Part shown: in pieces, positions 49,618 to 59,959 of the stretch | Layout: every line of letters starts with the position of its first letter | How positions within the stretch are numbered: the stretch's first letter is position 1 | Source of the DNA: Thermodesulfobacteriota bacterium | Lineage (GTDB): Bacteria; Desulfobacterota; Desulfobulbia; Desulfobulbales; SURF-16 | DNA length: 64,000 nucleotides | Direction: 5' to 3' | Assembly (NCBI GenBank): GCA_039715015.1 | Contig: JBDLIE010000003.1 | Span: 59,201-123,200, forward strand | Notes under the pieces: generated by a model | Database searches by the model: none | Seen by the model: only the letters and a program-made list of their open reading frames with translations | Told to the model about the DNA's origin: nothing | Position numbers and translations under genes: made by a program

Positions 49618-50199
49618 TTATGAGGAAAAGGTAGGGAAAGTACGGGAAGTTGTCAGTAATGTCAACAACTCATTTACCGGCTTATCTGTAGAGATCTCAA
49701 GGAAATGATGAGGTTCTATCTCATCGGGGTATTCAAAGACCTCTTTTTGCCTAAGATAGATGTCCCAGGTGCCATCTGATACGGCCTCAGGGTCCTGAGC
49801 GCGTAGGTTCAGGCGATTCTTGGTCACCTGTTCCGGGATCTGGCAAAGGATGAAATGAAAGGTACAGTTAAGCTCGGTGCATAAATCCACCAGCCGACTA
49901 CGCTCCGATTTTTTATGATATGAGGCGTCAAGGACCACCGAGCGGCCGCAATTCAACTCTTCAGCAGCCAGACGTAATAACTCATCATAGGTGAGACGAC
50001 TGAACTCCGGAGTATAGATGCCGTCAGCAAAGGTGGCGTCACTCTTTTCAGAGGCCTGGAGACCGGCCAGTTTCTTGCGAACAACATCAGAGTTGTAGGC
50101 CGCAATGCCTCTGTGCTGGGCAAAGGCCTGGGCCAAGGTGGACTTACCGCTGGCAATAAGCCCCAAAAAAATAAAAAGACACGGTTTAGTTGCCGGCAT
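49618..50199 (-). CDS. AAA_33/gluconate-kinase-like P-loop kinase
   Basis: GLIASGKST Walker A, SDVVRK, SVVLDA, SDG motifs. Confidence 0.8.
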   Translation of the reverse strand: MPATKPCLFIFLGLIASGKSTLAQAFAQHRGIAAYNSDVVRKKLAGLQASEKSDATFADGIYTPEFSRLTYDELLRLAAEELNCGRSVVLDASYHKKSERSRLVDLCTELNCTFHFILCQIPEQVTKNRLNLRAQDPEAVSDGTWDIYLRQKEVFEYPDEIEPHHFLEISTDKPVNELLTLLTTSRTFPTFSS

Positions 50200-51199
50200 A
50201 TTTTTCAGCAAGAATAAAGTATCTTTTGGCCCCTTCCAGGGCGGTCTTAGCAGTTTTCTCGTCTACCTCCGGGGCATGGGCGGTAAAAAGACCAATCTTG
50301 CCACGCACGTAAGCCCGGTAACATTTATAGAAATTGAGCATCTTCACCAGATCATTATCGCCTGATTTTTCCATAAAACGTTCGATGAAATAATCAGAAA
50401 GATCGGAGAGGTCCTGATAATCAAGATCCATGGCAAGAAAGGCAACATCACTTGCCACATCACAGTAGCGGAAACGTTCGTTAAATTCGATACAGTCAAA
50501 AATGTAGGGCGTGTCACCAGCAAGACAGATATTGGCCGAATAAAGGTCACCGTGGCAATCCTTAACCCGCTTCCCAGCACGCTCAAGAAAGAGCTCCTTC
50601 TGCTCCAAGAAACCACTGGCATATGCCTTGATGGCCTCAAATTGGCTCTTCGTCAAAGCGCCTTGGTCGATAAAACCTTCAGTCTGCTCGAAATTTTCCA
50701 GGACATTCACGGCAACCGAGTCAGCGCTGCCGAACTTCTGGATCTCAGGGCCACAAGCAGCCTTTTCGTAAAAAGGCACCAGGGTATCGACTATCTGATC
50801 AATGGTTGCTCGGTTTATGCCTCCGGCCTCAATCACGTCAGCCATCATGCCCTCAAGGGGCATTTTCTTCATCTTGACACCATATTCAACGACTTCGCCG
50901 CTGCCACCAAAGGTGAAACCTGAATCAGTCCGGGTGATGGCCACTGTATCAAGATAAATATCCGGGCAGAGCCTGCGATTTAGCAATAACTCCTGCTCAC
51001 AGAAATGTTTCCTCTTCTCCAGGGTCGTGAAATCAAGGAAGCCGAAATCAACAGGTTTTTTGATCTTATAGACAAAATCCCCGGCGATCAGCACGAAAGA
51101 GATATGGGTCTGTACCAAAGTGACATCGCTGACAGGATGGTCATAATGGCCAGGATCTTGAAAAAAAGTTATAAAGGCAGGAAGAGTGCTTTCCGACAT
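50186..51199 (-). CDS. Aminoglycoside-phosphotransferase-like kinase (COG2187-type)
   Basis: QTHISFV, KIKKPVDFGFLDF, ELLLNRRL, CHGDL, FDCIEFN, AFLAMDL, YRAYVRGK. Confidence 0.82.
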   Translation of the reverse strand: MSESTLPAFITFFQDPGHYDHPVSDVTLVQTHISFVLIAGDFVYKIKKPVDFGFLDFTTLEKRKHFCEQELLLNRRLCPDIYLDTVAITRTDSGFTFGGSGEVVEYGVKMKKMPLEGMMADVIEAGGINRATIDQIVDTLVPFYEKAACGPEIQKFGSADSVAVNVLENFEQTEGFIDQGALTKSQFEAIKAYASGFLEQKELFLERAGKRVKDCHGDLYSANICLAGDTPYIFDCIEFNERFRYCDVASDVAFLAMDLDYQDLSDLSDYFIERFMEKSGDNDLVKMLNFYKCYRAYVRGKIGLFTAHAPEVDEKTAKTALEGAKRYFILAEKYAGN

Positions 51200-51219
51200 G
51201 ATATGTCCCCGTAGGTCAT

Positions 51220-51255
51220 AAAAAAACAGGATGGTGCCAAAACGACACCATCCTG
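51220..51255 (-). terminator. Rho-independent terminator after ahcY
   Basis: CAGGATGGTG/CACCATCCTG stem with T7 tail on minus strand. Confidence 0.75.
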
Positions 51256-51282
51256 CAAAGAAGAAACAGAGCTTACAATGGA

Positions 51283-52590
51283 TTAATAACGATAATAATC
51301 CGGTTTATAGGGGCCGTCTACCGGCACTCCGATATAATCGGCCTGCTCTTTGCTCAAGGTGGTCAGGTTAGCACCGACTTTCTTGAGGTGAAGACGGGCA
51401 ACCTTTTCATCAAGGTGTTTGGGCAGGAAGAAGACATCATTTTCCATCTCATCACCCTTTTCCCAGAGTTCGATCTGCGCCATGACCTGGTTGGTAAAGG
51501 AGTTACTCATAACAAAGCTCGGATGGCCCGTGGCACAACCAAGATTTACCAGTCGGCCTTCAGCGAGGATAATGAGGCGTTTACCGTCCGGGAAGATGAC
51601 ATGATCAACCTGGGGCTTGATGTTTTCCCAGGGCAGATCTCGCAGGGAGGCTATATCGATCTCACTGTCAAAATGACCGATATTACAGACAATGGCCTGG
51701 TCAGGCATGGCATCCATATGGGCCTTGTTAATCACCTCTAGGTTGCCGGTACAGGTAACGAAAATCTCGCCAACTGGGGCAGCCTGTTCCATGGTAACGA
51801 CTTTATAGCCTTCCATGGCAGCCTGCAGAGCACAGATGGGATCAATCTCAGTGATGAGAACCGTGGCGCCCATGCCGCGCAGGGCCTGGGCACAGCCCTT
51901 ACCAACATCACCATAACCGACAACAACACAGGTCTTGCCGGCTATCATGACGTCGGTGGCACGCTTGATACCGTCAATAAGTGACTCACGGCAGCCGTAG
52001 AGATTATCAAATTTTGATTTGGTGACTGAATCGTTAACATTAAAGGCCGGAGCCATCAGTTTTCCGTCACGGCTCATTTCATTTAAGCGGTGGACGCCGG
52101 TGGTGGTTTCTTCGCTGATCCCCTTAATATCCTTCATCAATTCAGGATATTTTTCATGCATAACCACGGTGAGGTCGCCGCCATCATCAAGGATAAGATT
52201 GGGTTTCCAGCCATCAGGGCCGAAGATAGTTTTTTCAATACACCACCAAAACTCCTCCTCGCTCTCGCCCTTCCAGGCAAAGGTGGGAATACCGGCATCA
52301 ACCATGGCAGCGGCAGCATGGTCTTGGGTTGAAAAGATATTACAGGATGACCAGCGGATCTCAGCACCGAGGTCAACCAGGGTCTCCATGAGAACCGCAG
52401 TCTGGATGGTCATGTGCAGACAACCGGCAATGCGGGCCCCAGCAAGGGGTTTCTTGCCGGCATATTCTTCCCGGACAGCCATCAGGCCAGGCATTTCGGT
52501 TTCGGCAATAGCCACTTCTTTGCGGCCCCAGGCTGCCTCGCTCATATCAGCGACCTTATAGTCGCCTGTATCTAAAACTTTATTGGACAT
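51283..52590 (-). CDS. ahcY: Adenosylhomocysteinase
   Basis: [56 protein letters not shown]. Confidence 0.97.
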   Translation of the reverse strand: MSNKVLDTGDYKVADMSEAAWGRKEVAIAETEMPGLMAVREEYAGKKPLAGARIAGCLHMTIQTAVLMETLVDLGAEIRWSSCNIFSTQDHAAAAMVDAGIPTFAWKGESEEEFWWCIEKTIFGPDGWKPNLILDDGGDLTVVMHEKYPELMKDIKGISEETTTGVHRLNEMSRDGKLMAPAFNVNDSVTKSKFDNLYGCRESLIDGIKRATDVMIAGKTCVVVGYGDVGKGCAQALRGMGATVLITEIDPICALQAAMEGYKVVTMEQAAPVGEIFVTCTGNLEVINKAHMDAMPDQAIVCNIGHFDSEIDIASLRDLPWENIKPQVDHVIFPDGKRLIILAEGRLVNLGCATGHPSFVMSNSFTNQVMAQIELWEKGDEMENDVFFLPKHLDEKVARLHLKKVGANLTTLSKEQADYIGVPVDGPYKPDYYRY

Positions 52591-52618
52591 TATGTTCCTC
52601 AATATTTGTGAGAATCTA

Positions 52619-53785
52619 TTACTTGAGACCAGCAGCGTCTCTTAACTCAGTGGCCTTATCGGTTCTTTCCCAGGTAAAATCGTCATGCTGACGGCCGAAA
52701 TGACCATAGGCTGCTGTTCTCTTGTAAATGGGACGAAGAAGATCAAGCTGTTCAATAATGGCCTTAGGACGCAGATCAAAATGGTTTTCCACCAGGACCT
52801 TTATCTTGCCGTCACTGATATGACCGCTACCAAAGGTGTTGATATTGATGGAGACCGGCTTTGAGATACCTATGGCATAAGCGATCTGCACCTCCACCTC
52901 GCGGGCAAGGCCTGCGGCAACGATATTTTTGGCAACATAGCGTCCCATATAGGATGAAGAACGATCAACCTTGGAGGGGTCCTTGCCGGAGAAGGCGCCG
53001 CCGCCATGGGAACCCATGCCGCCGTAGGTATCAACAATAATTTTGCGACCGGTAACACCACAGTCGCCAACCGGGCCGCCGATAACGAAACGACCGGTGG
53101 GATTGATGAAATATTTAGTGTTGCCATCCACCATGTCAGCGGGCAGAACCGGCTTTAAAATTTCCTCCATGATTCCCTCTTTAAGGTCATCGTAATTGAC
53201 GTCCGGAGAGTGCTGGGAGGAAAGGACAACAGCCTCAATGCGGATGGGCTTATTGCCTTCATACTGAATTGTTACCTGGCTCTTGGCATCGGGGCGCAAC
53301 CAGGGCAGGCGTCCTGACTTACGGATCTCTGATTGACGTTTTACGAGCTTATGGGCCAGGGTAATTGGCATGGGCATCAGTACATCTGTCTCGTCACGGG
53401 CATAACCGAACATAAGGCCCTGGTCACCGGCACCCTGGTCAAGGTCAACGCCGGTTCCTTCGTCAACACCCTGGGCGATGTCTGCAGACTGCTTGTCAAT
53501 ACTGGTTAAAACGGCACAAGACTGGGAGTCAAAACCCATTTCAGATGAGTTGTAGCCAATTTCTTTAATCGTATCGCGAACTATCTGGGGCATATCCACC
53601 CAGGCAGCGGTGGTAATTTCACCGGCGATAACGACCATGCCTGTATTGACCAAGGTTTCGCAGGCAACACGGGAAGTCTTATCTTCGGCAAGGATGCCAT
53701 CGAGAATAGCATCGGAGATTTGATCAGCAACCTTGTCAGGATGTCCTTCAGAAACGGACTCAGAGGTAAAAAGGAAGTTAGACAT
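52619..53785 (-). CDS. metK: S-adenosylmethionine synthetase
   Basis: [39 protein letters not shown]. Confidence 0.97.
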   Translation of the reverse strand: MSNFLFTSESVSEGHPDKVADQISDAILDGILAEDKTSRVACETLVNTGMVVIAGEITTAAWVDMPQIVRDTIKEIGYNSSEMGFDSQSCAVLTSIDKQSADIAQGVDEGTGVDLDQGAGDQGLMFGYARDETDVLMPMPITLAHKLVKRQSEIRKSGRLPWLRPDAKSQVTIQYEGNKPIRIEAVVLSSQHSPDVNYDDLKEGIMEEILKPVLPADMVDGNTKYFINPTGRFVIGGPVGDCGVTGRKIIVDTYGGMGSHGGGAFSGKDPSKVDRSSSYMGRYVAKNIVAAGLAREVEVQIAYAIGISKPVSININTFGSGHISDGKIKVLVENHFDLRPKAIIEQLDLLRPIYKRTAAYGHFGRQHDDFTWERTDKATELRDAAGLK

Positions 53786-54055
53786 GTGATTCTCTTTGCA
53801 AAGGGTATTGGAAAATGAAGCAAAGACGGAACGCGCCGTCGAAAAACAAGCATACACTAGTACATAGACAGCATCAAAAAAGCAAGTTTTTCTAAGGTTG
53901 CAGAGGAAATTTCCGCATTTTTTAATTCTTTTGCTCTGTGGTTAGATTTTATCTCTTACCAGACATGATCGAACTTTGAAAAAATCTGGCTCAAAAAAAT
54001 GAAGATCTCTTTTAAGCTGCCTTACGGGCTCTTTCATCTTGATGAGCAACAAGGG

Positions 54056-54640
54056 CTATTTAAACTTTTTATGACAAGATTTTTTTTGATTGTTGATTGT
54101 GGTGATTAGTTGCGAGGCATCCTGGAAGTTTCCCTCCTGGGCCAGGGAAATTAATTGTTTTATGTTCTCCACTAATTCTTGCCAAAGCGGATGCCACTCA
54201 CTTTCTGCCATATGCCCATACTCCTCACAAATTCCATAAAATTCATCAACTAAGGCAGTACTTGGCATTTTTGATGCAGCGATGGCATTGCTCATCTGCT
54301 TCCATTGCAGCGCCATGGTTTTTTTTATTTTTTTAACTTCATAAGACCTTGATTTCTTTTTAATTTTAGATTTTTTGGTCGCCTTTGTTTTTTGGGGAAT
54401 TTGACTTTGATCTGTTGAGGGAGGCGCTGAGTCAACCAGGCTTGCCGTCAGACTAACATCAAACTTAACCTGTCCCCCTACCAGCTTTTGCTTCATCTTA
54501 AGGGAAACCGTATTGCAAATGGAAAGGGTAACACCGCCGACCGTCACCTGGCCAGTCTCAATCTGGTTAGCTAATTTACGCAACTCATTTGCAACACCCT
54601 TTAAATTCTCAGGTGAACAAGATTGTTTGTCCGCTACCAT
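54056..54640 (-). CDS. Amphi-Trp-like domain fused to XXXCH-domain protein
   Basis: VANELRKLANQIETG amphipathic N-domain; C-terminal KKSCHKKFK. Confidence 0.62.
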   Translation of the reverse strand: MVADKQSCSPENLKGVANELRKLANQIETGQVTVGGVTLSICNTVSLKMKQKLVGGQVKFDVSLTASLVDSAPPSTDQSQIPQKTKATKKSKIKKKSRSYEVKKIKKTMALQWKQMSNAIAASKMPSTALVDEFYGICEEYGHMAESEWHPLWQELVENIKQLISLAQEGNFQDASQLITTINNQKKSCHKKFK

Positions 54641-54691
54641 TTTCCCTCCTGCACAAAGAGTTCTTGCTGCTAAAAAGTGTCCAGCGACATC

Positions 54692-56692
54692 TCACAAAAT
54701 CTTATTAGTAGCTATTACTATATTTCCATAATAATCTAAAGAGAAACTACAATCATCAGGCACAAGAATGGTCGTATAGTCATCAATGATGAGACACGGT
54801 CCCTGGTGCTCCTTTTGGCCTTGCAGACTGCTTCTTAGACGTATTGGAATTTCCTGCCTCCCCTTGTCAAATTCTACCGTGACAAATTGAGAAGTTTTGG
54901 TGTCAGCACTCCTTGCCGGAACCTTGGTAAAGGATCTTGCAAAAGGAGTATGGTCCTGCAGCAGTTTCGCAGCAGACCTGATGGCAACGCATTCAATTTG
55001 GACATCAGGAAGCGTGTAACCAAAAGCAAATTCATGTTCAGTATGGAATGCCGCCAGGAAGTCTTGACTGAAAGGAACTGTAATCTCAAATGATTGACCA
55101 GCATAACGCAGGTCAACAAAAGACTCTGTGCCCATGGAACCAGTGAGGCCCATTGCAGCCATTTCACCTTCCACCCTCTTGTTAAGCTCAAGAATATGCG
55201 GCTTAAGAGAATCATAATTTACAGCCCCCCCACATAGAAAAAGGGCCTTAACCCTGTCTAAAAGAGGCTCAGTACAAAGCATTCCCTGGGCTGAGAGAAT
55301 TCCGGCCCGGGCCGGGATAATGATCTTTTTCACACCTAACTCCCTGGCCAGATCGCAACAGTGGAGACCTGAGGCACCTCCATAAGAAAAAAGGGTGAAA
55401 TCCGCGGGATCATGCCCTTTTTCAAGGGAAACGGTTCGCACTGCCTTCACCATACCTGCTGTGACAATACGGATAATACCAAGAGCACATTCTGTCGGAC
55501 TTAAGCCAAGCTTGCCGGCCAAGTCTGCCATGGCCAGATTGCTCCGGCCCTGGTCTAGAGACATTCGGCCACCAAGAAATTGCTCGGCTAAAAGTCTACC
55601 GAGAAAAAGGTTTGCATCGGTAACAGTTACCTTCTCCCCCTTGCCATAACAGACCGGGCCAGGATCAGCACCGGCACTCTCCGGGCCAACATGAAGGAGT
55701 CCTCCCCCGTCAACGCGAGCTATGGACCCACCCCCTGCCCCTACGGTATGGATATCAAGAACTGGCACCCTTACCGGGTAACCGTCAAGGCTATACTCCG
55801 TGGTAAGGCTCGGCTTCCTGTGACAGAGAGAGACATCGGTTGAGGTGCCGCCCATATCAAAGGTGATGATCTTATCCAGATTCTGCTGTCTCGCCAGATA
55901 AAAAGCTCCCTTAACACCGCCGGCAGGCCCGGACAAAATGGTATGCACAGCACGTTTTTCAATGCTTTTTGCCGGCAAGACGCCGCCATTTGACTGTTGC
56001 ACAGAAAGACTCTTACCCTCCATATAGCCAGCAAGCCGGGAGATATAGCTCGACATCACAGGCGAAAGATAGGCATTAATCAAAGTGGTTGAAAGTCGTT
56101 CATACTCGCGAAACTCCGGCAGGATATCGCTTGAAAGAATTACCGGGATAGAGAGGTGGGAAAGCTGATCACCAAGAAGCTCTTCATGACAGGCATTTGC
56201 ATAGCTATGCAACAAACAGATGGCGATGGCTTCAGGTTGCTCTTTTTCAACAACCTGTTTGATGCGCTCTACTTCTTGAGCTTCCAAGGGGACATATACT
56301 GATCCATCAGCAAGAATACGCTCCTTAACTCCAAGGATAAGCGCTTCATCACATAGAGCGGCAGCCCTGATTAGATTAATATCATAGAGTTTACTGCGAT
56401 TTTGACGGCCAATATTGATGACATCCTCAAAACCTTTGGTGGTTATAAGCAGGGTGCGGGCCCCTTTCCTTTCTAAAAAGGCGTTGGTGCCCACCGTGGT
56501 GCCATGGATGATCTCCAGATGGTCAGGTATTTCAGTCGGAAAAAAATGGCGAAGCCCCTGGATAATTGCCCGGCTTGGATCATCAGGGGTGGAGGAAACT
56601 TTAAAACGGCGCAGATCACTGCCCGCCAGGAGGATGAAATCAGTGAAGGTACCACCTGTATCAACCCCCAGACGCAAGGCCTCAGGAGCCAT
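54692..56692 (-). CDS. Hydantoinase/5-oxoprolinase subunit A family protein
   Basis: GVDTGGTFTD, HGTTVGTNA, SGPAGG, DMGGTSTD, GAGGGS, GPESAGADPGP. Confidence 0.92.
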   Translation of the reverse strand: MAPEALRLGVDTGGTFTDFILLAGSDLRRFKVSSTPDDPSRAIIQGLRHFFPTEIPDHLEIIHGTTVGTNAFLERKGARTLLITTKGFEDVINIGRQNRSKLYDINLIRAAALCDEALILGVKERILADGSVYVPLEAQEVERIKQVVEKEQPEAIAICLLHSYANACHEELLGDQLSHLSIPVILSSDILPEFREYERLSTTLINAYLSPVMSSYISRLAGYMEGKSLSVQQSNGGVLPAKSIEKRAVHTILSGPAGGVKGAFYLARQQNLDKIITFDMGGTSTDVSLCHRKPSLTTEYSLDGYPVRVPVLDIHTVGAGGGSIARVDGGGLLHVGPESAGADPGPVCYGKGEKVTVTDANLFLGRLLAEQFLGGRMSLDQGRSNLAMADLAGKLGLSPTECALGIIRIVTAGMVKAVRTVSLEKGHDPADFTLFSYGGASGLHCCDLARELGVKKIIIPARAGILSAQGMLCTEPLLDRVKALFLCGGAVNYDSLKPHILELNKRVEGEMAAMGLTGSMGTESFVDLRYAGQSFEITVPFSQDFLAAFHTEHEFAFGYTLPDVQIECVAIRSAAKLLQDHTPFARSFTKVPARSADTKTSQFVTVEFDKGRQEIPIRLRSSLQGQKEHQGPCLIIDDYTTILVPDDCSFSLDYYGNIVIATNKIL

Positions 56693-58089
56693 TAGTCAAG
56701 CTCCTTGATGATTTTCAGCAACTCTTCCACTTCACTAACCACCGCTTGATCTGCTGCCAGCATTTTTTTAGCCAAGTTCAAATGATAGGTGGCTGGCTTA
56801 AACTGACCCTTAAAATAGAAACTTTTGCCAAGGTTAAGGTGGGACAAGGCCTGTTTGCCCTGACGGGAGTAGATACCGGCAATCTGGAAATAGCCCCCGG
56901 AGAAATCGGGCATGGCGCCCACCAGTTGCCTATAAAGGGCAAGAGCTCGTTCATCATTGCCGTTGGTTGTGAGGGTGACAGCAAGGTTATAGGAGGCATA
57001 CCAATCGCCGGGGTCGATATTCCTGGCCTTATCAAAAAGATTCTTGGCCTCCTGGAGGCGACCGCTTTTGAAATAGATAAGCCCCAGATCACTCAACAGG
57101 ATCGACTTGCCAGGAAAGGCCGCAAGGACCTTTTTTAACTCTTCCTCAGCCTTGGCATATTGCGCTTGGTCAGAGTAGGCCAGAGAGAGACCATAGGTTG
57201 CCATCAGGCGGTCAAATTCATTATCAGCCTTGCGAATTTTTTTTCTATATGATGCCAGAAGTTGCTGTGGTTGTTTTGTATAAGACTTGACCCGGCACTT
57301 GATACGATTGAACTCAAACTGATCCACCTCTGGAAAGCTGCCTGGCTGGTTCATGTGGATCAGATCTTCTACATAGCCCATGCGCAGTTCCGGCTTGGGA
57401 TGGGTAAGCAGATACTGTGGCACCTCCCCCATATTAAGCTGATTAACCCTATACATCTTCTTCAACATCGTAACCATATCTCGTGGGTCACGGTTGGTTT
57501 GTAACATATAAGCGTAGGCCTTCCGGTCCGCCTCCTCTTCATCGTGGCGGGTAAAGGCCATTCCCATGGCCGCTCCAGTGGCCAAACCACCGGTTATAAG
57601 GGCCTGGGAGACGGCTCCGCCCCCCAGGGCAATACCGGCCAATACCAAAGCCAAGGTGGCGGCATTGATCTTTGTTGAATTTTCGATCCTCCCGGCAATA
57701 TGGCGACTTACAACATGACCTACCTCATGGGCCAGAACACTATGAAGCTCCCCTTCATTATCCATGGTCTCCAGCAGACCTGAATTCATAAAGATAAGGC
57801 CGGATGGAGTGGCAAAGGCATTAAAATCGCGATTATTAATCACGTAAAAATGATAATCGAAATACTGGCTGCCAGCGATGCTGACGATCTCATTGCCAAG
57901 CTTATTAATATATTGGTTTATGTCTGGCTGATCCAGCAGGTCAAACTCGCTTCTCACCACGGCAAGCATTTTCTGGCCATACTCCCGTTCCTCCTTGACG
58001 CTAAAGGCGTAAAGCGACGAAATCGAGAAAAAATCCCAACAAAGAAGAAGGGTTATAGAGATCGCAATGACTACTTTTTTACAAAACAT
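56692..58089 (-). CDS. M48 metalloprotease with TPR repeats (BepA/YfgC-like)
   Basis: NAFA.P.G, AHEVGH zinc motif, EEEAD, YLLTHP, C-terminal TPRs; signal peptide. Confidence 0.9.
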   Translation of the reverse strand: MFCKKVVIAISITLLLCWDFFSISSLYAFSVKEEREYGQKMLAVVRSEFDLLDQPDINQYINKLGNEIVSIAGSQYFDYHFYVINNRDFNAFATPSGLIFMNSGLLETMDNEGELHSVLAHEVGHVVSRHIAGRIENSTKINAATLALVLAGIALGGGAVSQALITGGLATGAAMGMAFTRHDEEEADRKAYAYMLQTNRDPRDMVTMLKKMYRVNQLNMGEVPQYLLTHPKPELRMGYVEDLIHMNQPGSFPEVDQFEFNRIKCRVKSYTKQPQQLLASYRKKIRKADNEFDRLMATYGLSLAYSDQAQYAKAEEELKKVLAAFPGKSILLSDLGLIYFKSGRLQEAKNLFDKARNIDPGDWYASYNLAVTLTTNGNDERALALYRQLVGAMPDFSGGYFQIAGIYSRQGKQALSHLNLGKSFYFKGQFKPATYHLNLAKKMLAADQAVVSEVEELLKIIKELD

Positions 58090-58309
58090 TGTAATGAAGG
58101 GCTCACTGAGCTATGGAGACGTGGATGGCCAGGAAAATCATATATCATATACTATTAACCAACATATACCTTATCATTTTATGTTTACCAGATAAAAAGG
58201 ACAAAGAGGGTTTATGGACTTCTGCCAATAAATCCTGTATAGATTTTCTGGATCCTCTTTCTTCCCAAACAATTTTGATTAACCCGGCTTTGCCCTTTTC
58301 CTTTCTGCC

Positions 58310-59959
58310 ATGCTAAGCGAACTTCACATTGAAAACCTAGCCATCATTAAAGAACTCACCCTTGAGTTCAAGCATGGTTTTACGGTCTTAACCGGTGAGA
58401 CAGGGGCAGGAAAATCGATCATCCTCCAGGCCATCCATCTTCTCTCCGGCGGCAAGGCCACGGCAAAATTGGTGCGCAGTGGCACCGAACAGGCGATTGT
58501 TGAAGCCCTTTTTGAAATTTCGGACAACTCTCCTGTCCGGCAGCTCGCTGAGGAAAACAGCATTGATTGTGATGACACCCTTATCCTAAAAAGGATCCTT
58601 TCTGCCAAAGGGCGGAGCCGTTTTTATGTAAATAACAGCATGACCACGGCAAAGGTGGTCGGAATGTTGAGCGAATATCTCCTCAGCGTTGCCAGCCAGC
58701 ATGACCATCAACAGCTTCTATCCTCCCGGGCCCACCTTGACTTTGTTGATGCTGCCGGTGACCTCTTGCCCCTCCGCCAGACAGTTACAACTCTTTATGA
58801 AACATGGAGCGCTGCCAGGCAAAAACTTACAGATCTTCAGGGCAGCGAGCAGGACAAAGAACAGCGCAAGGACTTCCTGCAGTATCAGATTGATGAGATC
58901 GAAAAAGCAGCCCTTGTTGATGGTGAAGAAGAGCGCCTGCAAGATGAAAAAAACAGATTACGCAGCTCCACTGAGCTTACAAAACTGGCGTCAGATTCAT
59001 TTGACAAGCTTTACAGCATCACGGATTCTCTAGCCGTTGTCCGCAAAAACCTGGAGCAGGCAGCCAGCCTTGACCCCCTGGCCTTGACGATAAGTGAGGC
59101 CGTTGCCGAACAGAGTTACCTCTTGGAGGATCAACGTTCAGAAATCCGCCATTATATGGAAGCAATTCCCCACGACCCTGGCCGTCTTGAAGAGGTCACG
59201 GAACGCCTTGACACCATCGCCCATCTCAAACGTAAGTATGGAGCGACTATTGGAGATATACTTCTGTTCCTGGCAGAAGCACGGGAGGAACACAGCAATC
59301 TAGAATCCTTAGATCAAGAAATTTCAGAGACCCAGATTCTCGTCAAAAACTCCCTTCAGGATTTAGAGGATGCCTGTTACGGTCTGAGTTCGGCGCGCAA
59401 GAAGGCTGCTGGCGAGCTTGCCACGGCCATCAGCATGGAACTCAAATCGCTCTGTCTAGAAAACAGCTGCTTTGAGATTGCCGTAACCCCTCAAGGTCCA
59501 TCCCGAACCGGCATGGACCACCTCGACTTTCTTTTCTCCGCTAACTTCGGAGAGACAGTTAAGCCCTTGAGCCAAGTGGCTTCGGGCGGTGAGCTCTCGC
59601 GACTCCTTCTTGGTCTTAAATGTGTTCTGGCCAAAAACGATCAGGTAGAAACTGTGATCTTTGACGAGGTAGACAGCGGCATCAGCGGTAAGGCGGCTGA
59701 GTCGGTGGGCACCAAGATCCGTGAGCTGGCCTGCCACCATCAGGTACTCTGCATCACCCATCTGGCCCAGATCGCCTCGCTGGCTGACGATCATTTTCAA
59801 GTCAGCAAATCCATTGAAGATGACCGGACCGTAACTACTATCCAAACACTCGAAGGCCCAACAATTCATGGAGCACTGGCCGCCATGCTCGACGGAAACT
59901 CTGTCACCGATAGCACCCTGGCCTATGTCCAACAACTGGTTGAGCGCAAGACAAAATGA
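58310..59959 (+). CDS. recN: DNA repair protein RecN
   Basis: LTGETGAGKS, ASGGELSR, FDEVDSG, CITHLAQIAS. Confidence 0.95.
   Translation: MLSELHIENLAIIKELTLEFKHGFTVLTGETGAGKSIILQAIHLLSGGKATAKLVRSGTEQAIVEALFEISDNSPVRQLAEENSIDCDDTLILKRILSAKGRSRFYVNNSMTTAKVVGMLSEYLLSVASQHDHQQLLSSRAHLDFVDAAGDLLPLRQTVTTLYETWSAARQKLTDLQGSEQDKEQRKDFLQYQIDEIEKAALVDGEEERLQDEKNRLRSSTELTKLASDSFDKLYSITDSLAVVRKNLEQAASLDPLALTISEAVAEQSYLLEDQRSEIRHYMEAIPHDPGRLEEVTERLDTIAHLKRKYGATIGDILLFLAEAREEHSNLESLDQEISETQILVKNSLQDLEDACYGLSSARKKAAGELATAISMELKSLCLENSCFEIAVTPQGPSRTGMDHLDFLFSANFGETVKPLSQVASGGELSRLLLGLKCVLAKNDQVETVIFDEVDSGISGKAAESVGTKIRELACHHQVLCITHLAQIASLADDHFQVSKSIEDDRTVTTIQTLEGPTIHGALAAMLDGNSVTDSTLAYVQQLVERKTK

Noticed and set aside
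53786..54050. SAM/SAH riboswitch or SahR operator upstream of metK-ahcY
   Set aside because: No S-box core or SahR-type palindrome recognised; only a small GACGG/CCGTC hairpin
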